Positions 60,791-64,000 of a DNA stretch of 64,000 bases are shown piece after piece (position 1 is the stretch's first letter; every line of letters begins with the position of its first letter). The notes beneath the pieces were generated by a model. The model made no database searches. It worked only from the letters and a program-made list of their open reading frames with translations, and was not told the origin of the DNA. Both the position numbers and the translations under genes were made by a program. The stretch comes from Glaucostegus cemiculus (taxonomy: Eukaryota): the NCBI GenBank assembly GCA_976551045.1, contig CDPCPM010000077.1:1674001-1738000 (forward strand), written 5' to 3'.

Positions 60791-60934
60791 CACTCCTAAT
60801 TTGGAGGAGCATTTGTTGTGACCGCTCCGCACTAAGCTCCGCAGATAGGAAAGGAGTCCATTCCAGATGTCAAGGTAAGGGTTTGCTGCTGTGGAGCAGA
60901 GACCACTCTGTCTATGTTAGAGGTTAGATATTAG

Positions 60935-62235
60935 AGTCCATTATTAAGGTTGAGGTTTTGGGGTACTTGGAAGCTCACAATAAAAGAGGCTGAAGTCAGC
61001 ATGGTTTCCTTGAGGGGAAATCTTGCCTGACAAATCTGTTGGAATTCTTTGAGGAAGTAACAGGCAGGATAGACAAAGGAGAGTCAGTGGATGTTGTTTA
61101 CTTGGATTTTCAGAAAACCTTTGACAAGGTGCCACACATGAGGCTGCTAAACAGAATAGATGGTGTCACAGGAAAGGTACTAACATGGATAGAAAATTGG
61201 CTGACTGGCAGAAGGCAAAGAGTGGGAATAAAGGGGGCCTTTCCTGGTTGGCTGCCTGTGATTAGTGGTGTTCCACAAGGGTCGGTGTTGGGACCACTAC
61301 TTTTCACATTATCTCGATGACAGAATCGAGGGCTTTGTGGCCAGGTTTGCAGGTGTTACAAAGATAGGTGGAGGGGCAGGTAATGTTGAGGAAGCAGGGA
61401 GTCTGCAGAAGGACTTGGGCAGGTTGGGAGAATGGGTAAAGAAGTGGCAGATGGAATACAGTGTAGTGAAGTGTACGGTCATGCACTTTGGTAGAAGGAA
61501 TAAAGGTGTAGACTGTTTTCTAAATGGGGGTACGAATTCAGAAACCAGACGTGCAAAGGGAGAGTCCTAGTGCAGGATTCCCTAAAGGTTAACTTGCAGG
61601 TTGAGTCAGTAGTAAGGAAGGTAAATGCAATGTTAGCATTCATTTCGAGAGGACCAGAATATAAAATCAAGGATGTAATGCTGAGGTTTTTTGTTGGTCA
61701 GACCACATTTGGAATATTATGAGCAGTTTTGGGCCCCATAGCCAAGGAAGGATGTGCTGGCATTGGAGAGGGTCCAGGGGAGGTTTACAGTAATGATCCT
61801 GGAAATGAAATGTATGAGGCGCCTTTGATAGTTCTGGGCCTGTACTCACTGAAGTTTAGAAGGATAAGGGGGGATTCTCATTGAAACCTACCGAATATTG
61901 AAAGTCCTGGATAGAGTGGATGTGGAGAGGATGTTTCCAGTAGTGGAAGAGTCTTGGACCAGAGGGCACAGCCTCAGAATAGAAGGACGTCCCAGAATAG
62001 AGATGAGGAGGAATTTCTTTAGCCATTGCCACAGACAGTTGTGGAGGCCAAGTCATTGAGTATATTTAAGGCGGAGGTTTTTGGTCCTTGATTAGTAAGG
62101 GAGTCAAAGGTTACAGGGAGCAGGCAGGAGATTGGGGTTGAGAGGGAAAAATAAATCAGCCTTGATTGAATGGTGGACCTGACTCGATGAGCCGAATGGC
62201 CTATTTCTGCTCCCATATCTTATAGTCTTATGTTC
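60935..62235 (+). mobile_element. CR1 5'-truncated copy, same subfamily as 42912-45420
   Basis: EFFEEVTGRIDKGESVDVVYLDFQKTFDKVPH.RLL..WIENWLTGRRQRVGI..SGVPQGSVLGPLLF; long near-identical stretches with 44100-45420; tail gagccgaatggcctatttctgctcccatatcttatagtcttatg. Confidence 0.95.
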
Positions 62236-62789
62236 CTCAACATCCTGGTAGTGAATAGAATCAGCACCCAGTGAGTCTAAACAGCTTTGCTGGATCACTT
62301 GGCACTGGATTTTGTGTGCCGCCGAAAACTATTTGAATGTAAAACAAAACGTGGAGAGAGATCAAGGAGTTGGTGCAAATTGCACAAAGCCTGCAGCTTT
62401 TCTTCTGTGGCCCTGTCCGTCCAACTGACAAACTAATGCACAGGGCAGCGTGGAAATGGCGAACTACGTGTGGTGGACACACAAATGAGGTTTTCTTCCA
62501 TCTGTGCATAAGCCCCTTGTCGTGGCTTTGATTTAATGTAAATCCAGCTCACTTATTTTTAAATAGTTTAATTTAATTTGCAAAAGCTATTCACTATCTC
62601 AGTTGGAATTACAAGTTATCTGCCAATTCCATTTCTTAGAGTACAACTCGGATTGTTTTGGCAACATTTTTCACCGAACTCTCCATCCGTGGTTAGCCGA
62701 TGTTGAAATGTAAGTGCGTTTACCAATGAATAATTCCTGCTCAGCAGTTCATTCATTATAGTTTTAATATTGCATTATCCAAACATAAG

Positions 62790-63143
62790 AAGTCTTAATA
62801 TGCTGCATTCTATTAGAATTTCCTTGGCAAAGATCTTGCTAACATCCATGTAGACAACATCTACCACCCTACCCTCATCCACCCTCTTTGTCACCCCTTC
62901 AAAAAACTAAGTCGAACTTGTGAGACATGATTTTCCCACACAACATGATGCCAGAGGAAGTGGTCAAGATGGGTACGATTACAACATTTATCCATGTACC
63001 TGTTTAAACGTCTTTTAAGAAAGGTTTAGGGAGATATGGGCCAAATGCAGGCAAATGGGAGACTAGCTCAGGAAGGCACCTTGGTCAGCATGGATAAGCT
63101 GTGCCAAAGGGCCTGTTTCTGTGCTGTATAACTCCATGACTCT
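62790..63143. mobile_element. Adjoining CR1 fragments in opposite orientations
   Basis: ~62790-62945 is an antisense RT piece (acatccatgtagacaacatctacc = VDVVYMD); ~62950-63143 is a sense tail ending gggcctgtttctgtgctgtataactccatgactct. Confidence 0.7.
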
Positions 63144-64000
63144 TGGTCATTCTTGTCGCTATCCATTTCAACTTGATTAACCCAATCAACATGGAGATTA
63201 AAGTCTCCCATTGTTATTGCACTGCTCTTTACAAGCTGTCATTAATTGTTGGTTTACAGTATGCCCTTTCCCACAGTGTTAATGCAGAAGTGCCACTGAA
63301 GACCCCTGAAGGGTTAACACTGAAGTTGCTGAAGCAGACCAGAGGCATTGAACTGATTCCATACTTCCACGTGACCATTACTGAGTGGACAATGTGCTCA
63401 GGATTACAGGGAGTTGGAGAATTTTTTTTCAGTGCTTTATACTTTCAGAAATGGAAAAGAACCCAAACATCTTCAGAGGTTTGATAAGACTTAGAACAAC
63501 TTGGAGGCTTAAAAAATTGACAGTATCCGCAGATATTGGTTTCAGTCAACTGTTGACAGAAGATTATGGAATGCCTCCAGATTAGAGCAGGGCCTGCCCG
63601 AATCATTTCAGCAATGATGAGCTTTTTAAATTCGTGTACACGCAATACCAGTGCAGCACAGGTATTACTCCACCGTTCAAGGTTCCAGGTACACGGAGTG
63701 AAATGTTTCCATCACCACAGGTTAGCCTGAGCTCTGATGGAATTAAAACAAAATTCCCGTCACCTGTGGTTGCAAGTGTAAAACTGTCTGGACCTTCTAA
63801 TATATTGAATTAAGGAATAAAAAAGATCTCTGCCCATTAATGATAAATGCTTATATCCAATTGGTGAACCCTTAGCAGTGCTGTATCACACCGATAAAGG
63901 AGTGCTCCAGAGAAAGTAGTGCTATCCAACCAAGTGAATATAAACTGGAAATGTTAATACCTATGCATAAACCTGTCTTTAGTCTGCACTACAGTATATA

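Noticed and set aside
60790-60880. Possible extra exon ending at CAAG|GTAAGG (~60874)
   Set aside because: Good donor-like motif, but no clear acceptor and no ZNF385-like peptide; it sits between two repeats.
44100-62235. Segmental duplication between 44100-45420 and 60935-62235
   Set aside because: Similarity is limited to CR1 sequence and each copy has its own indels and flanks; two insertions of one subfamily explain it.

Overview
Eukaryotic, repeat-rich genomic DNA. The repeat content (V-SINE/HE1-like SINEs, CR1, Rex1/Babar, L2, Neptune-type Penelope elements) points to a cartilaginous fish; this is inferred, not proven. Only one host coding exon is convincing: a 264-nt symmetric exon at 56234-56497 (+) encoding MKRPLSPP... 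and a matrin/U1-type zinc finger, best matching ZNF385C. The window is therefore probably mostly intron of that gene. Nearly all other ORFs in the track are decayed retroelement fragments or noise. The most notable structure is a family of Penelope-like element ends carrying a minimal type-I hammerhead ribozyme motif (CAGTC-CTGATGA-A-GGGTC-nn-GACCC-GAAAC-GTC-GACTG). It occurs at the 3' end of Penelope ORF remnants and as short fold-back insertions with 11-13 bp target-site duplications whose apex lies in the ribozyme. Other observations are one V-SINE head/core joined to two different LINE tails (CR1 and Rex1), several local templated duplications that landed inside other repeats, and nested insertions. 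Repeat boundaries were judged by eye and are approximate (tens of bp). Family names come from recalled motifs, not database searches.
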